From: an uncultured candidate division Zixibacteria bacterium
Lineage (GTDB): Bacteria; Zixibacteria; MSB-5A5; GN15; PGXB01
Reading direction: 5' to 3'
Assembly (NCBI GenBank): GCA_963702205.1
Contig: OY969724.1
Span: forward strand, 608,001 to 672,000
Length of the DNA stretch: 64,000 nucleotides
Positions within the stretch are counted from its first letter, which is position 1, and the number at the start of each line of letters is the position of its first letter. A program made the translations under genes and the position numbers. Shown here piece by piece: positions 62,213 to 64,000 of this stretch. A model generated the notes under the pieces. It made no database searches, had not been told where the DNA came from, and saw nothing but the letters and a program-made list of their open reading frames with translations.

Positions 62213-62665
62213 TCATGGCAGAGCGTCCGGTAACAGGAAATAGACAAGCATGGCGAACGATAAAAAGAAAATCGCGATGTTCACCGGACGGTACTTGATG
62301 GTTACCAGTAGCTCCTGCTTCACTTTCGATGACCCGAAATGACAGATGGCCATGAAGTTCATTATCATTGCAACCAACGGCAGCCCAACAAAAATGATGG
62401 GAATCAAATACGTGAGTACACTGTTGCCGCTCAAGTAGGAAAAAAAACCTTCGATCGTGTTGAGAATCGGCGACAGCACTCTAAATCTGTATTTAAGGAG
62501 AACCGTTATGATGAATGTCGACGGCAGAGCCAACAACCACAGTCCGGCCCACGATGATTTCTTGTAGCTCAACAATAAGATCTTTAGTTCCTGCCGATGC
62601 TCTGGATTTCCCGGATCAGGCAGCTTCATTCCATCAAATGGTGATTCTTCATTTGTGCATTTCAT
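62213..62665 (-). CDS. Membrane protein, possible anti-sigma factor
   Basis: Three hydrophobic helices; overlaps the end of the ECF sigma gene. Confidence 0.6.
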   Translation of the reverse strand: MKCTNEESPFDGMKLPDPGNPEHRQELKILLLSYKKSSWAGLWLLALPSTFIITVLLKYRFRVLSPILNTIEGFFSYLSGNSVLTYLIPIIFVGLPLVAMIMNFMAICHFGSSKVKQELLVTIKYRPVNIAIFFLSFAMLVYFLLPDALP

Positions 62666-63236
62666 CTTCTTTACCTATAAGGCTTATTTTTAATTTATCG
62701 ATCCCGCGTGACAGCAGCGACTTTACCGTTCCTTGCCGCTTGCCAAGAATAACCGCGATTTCCTTAAGCGATTTTTGTTCAAAAAACCGCAGCGAGATGA
62801 CGTCCTGGTATTTCGTATCGAGTTGTTTTAACGACGCATTCACTCTGATAAATTCCTGGTGCCGCTCCAGTTCTTCTTCGAGTCGTATCTTCTCGGTCTC
62901 CGCATCTGAGTAGTCCGTCAGTTTGATGCCATACTCTTCATGAATTCGGGCGAGCGAGTCCGGAGCATAGGAGGAATCGCGAAAGTACTTGTTGAGTTCG
63001 TTGGTGGCGATCCGATAGAGCCAGTGCAATGCCGAAATATTGCGCCACTTGAATTTCCCGAGGCCGGCGTACGCTCTGAGAAACGTCTCAGCGGCAATAT
63101 CTTTAGCGGCATCATAGTTCGCTGTTCTTCGGAAGGCGTATCCGAAAACCTTACTGTAAAAGGCATCATATATCTCCCCGAACTTCTGAGGATCATTCTG
63201 TATGTCTTTAAATAGCTGCTCTTCGTTCAGGGTCAT
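62649..63236 (-). CDS. ECF-type RNA polymerase sigma factor
   Basis: AKDIAAETFL, WLYRIATN, SLKEIA..LG...GTVKSLLSRG. Confidence 0.92.
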   Translation of the reverse strand: MTLNEEQLFKDIQNDPQKFGEIYDAFYSKVFGYAFRRTANYDAAKDIAAETFLRAYAGLGKFKWRNISALHWLYRIATNELNKYFRDSSYAPDSLARIHEEYGIKLTDYSDAETEKIRLEEELERHQEFIRVNASLKQLDTKYQDVISLRFFEQKSLKEIAVILGKRQGTVKSLLSRGIDKLKISLIGKEDEMHK

Positions 63237-63506
63237 GCATCATTCCTTCTTCCCGTATAATCGAGGTTCGGGAAAAACGTTGCGTTTGTTGGGCAAAATT
63301 TGTGGAGAGATTTTCCAAAAAGTCCGAGGAGCTGATAGTTTGGCCACATTGGGCCAGTCCAGGCGGAATTCCGCAGGTAGAACACTATGCAGCTTTTGCC
63401 CGTGGGAGACCAGGCGGCCAGCGGCCCACGGGCGTCAAGACCCCTTCCACATGAAACAGAGCTCCGCCACTTTGTAATCCATTGGTTGATTATTAATTGC
63501 ATAAAC

Positions 63507-63530
63507 TGGAGGTGGGGGGAATCGAACCCC
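63507..63530 (-). other. Isolated 3' end of tmRNA (ssrA) or tRNA-Ala; probable att site
   Basis: Minus strand GGGG-TTCGATT-CCCCC-CACCTCC-A: T-arm plus acceptor strand with U70 and A73; no 5' half nearby; ATTGTGACCA x2 at 63564-63584. Confidence 0.7.
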
Positions 63531-63720
63531 ATACTAGCGTTGTGGCACAAAGACTTACACCCTATTGTGACCAAATTGTGACCACTTTCTGCTAACCCAC
63601 AATAGTACGCACACCCCGCACCAAGCGGTCCGTTTCACGTTTATGATCCATCCCTTGTTCCTATATGACCAACCCGTGAGCACAGCATCTTTTGGCGCAC
63701 CGACATACCCGACCATGACA

Positions 63721-64000
63721 TTATCTTATCCGATTCTTTCTCCTCTTGCGGGGAGAACTCACCAACTCAGTAGGCAGCGACCAACGATGGCTTTGCTGGA
63801 CTAGCAACCCCTGCGTTGCCTCCGGTCCCCAGTTACCGGCAACATAATTAGGGAAATCACCGGGTGGAGTCGCCTCCCACACCTCAAGCACGGGCATCAG
63901 CAATCGCCAGGCCGCCTCCACCAGGTCGGCACGCATAAACAACGTGGCGTCGTTCTCCATAACATCCCAGAGCAACGTCTCATAAACATCGGGTGATGGC
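63721..64000 (-). CDS. zwf: C-terminal part of a second glucose-6-phosphate dehydrogenase (runs off the window)
   Basis: PDVYETLLWDVMENDATLFMRADLVEAAW...FPNYVAGNWGP aligns with the C-terminus of the zwf at 35161. Confidence 0.88.
   Translation of the reverse strand, partial: PSPDVYETLLWDVMENDATLFMRADLVEAAWRLLMPVLEVWEATPPGDFPNYVAGNWGPEATQGLLVQQSHRWSLPTELVSSPRKRRKNRIR

Noticed and set aside
63507..63530. Complete tRNA or tmRNA gene
   Set aside because: Only the T-arm and 3' acceptor strand are present; no matching 5' strand, D-arm or anticodon arm upstream
1..64000. CRISPR array, rRNA or intact tRNA genes
   Set aside because: No regularly spaced repeats or structural-RNA signatures seen by eye

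Overview
Bacterial chromosomal window of moderate-to-high GC with a diderm envelope (three TolC-type channels). The tandem receptor-like Ser/Thr kinases are of a style I associate with candidate division Zixibacteria or related lineages; this is inference, not checked. Left to right: (1) a heavy-metal CusCBA-type efflux cluster with YHS, YHS-DUF2231 and Met/His-rich lipoprotein accessory genes; (2) a complete 1286-bp IS3-family element (GTT duplication) inserted in the 3' end of one of two tandem membrane Ser/Thr kinases whose kinase domains are ~96% identical at the DNA level; (3) a TlpA-DUF4266-DUF3570-ApbE flavinylation cluster; (4) MFS, aconitase, a signal-peptide-bearing rubrerythrin next to a DUF2231 gene, and a type IIIA H+-ATPase; (5) an HAE1 RND pump; (6) a glucokinase/pentose-phosphate operon (glk-tkt-rpiB-tal/pgi-HAD-gnd-zwf-pgl); (7) a MarR-EmrAB-TolC pump; (8) an OmpR/HK pair with a spondin lipoprotein; (9) assorted envelope genes, PadR and ECF modules; (10) a tmRNA-like 3' fragment with arm-like repeats that probably marks a genomic-island boundary before a second zwf. 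Four genes (cusA, tlpA, zwf, tkt) carry +1 frameshifts, all at or beside a GTAC, which suggests methylation-linked long-read errors rather than real pseudogenes.
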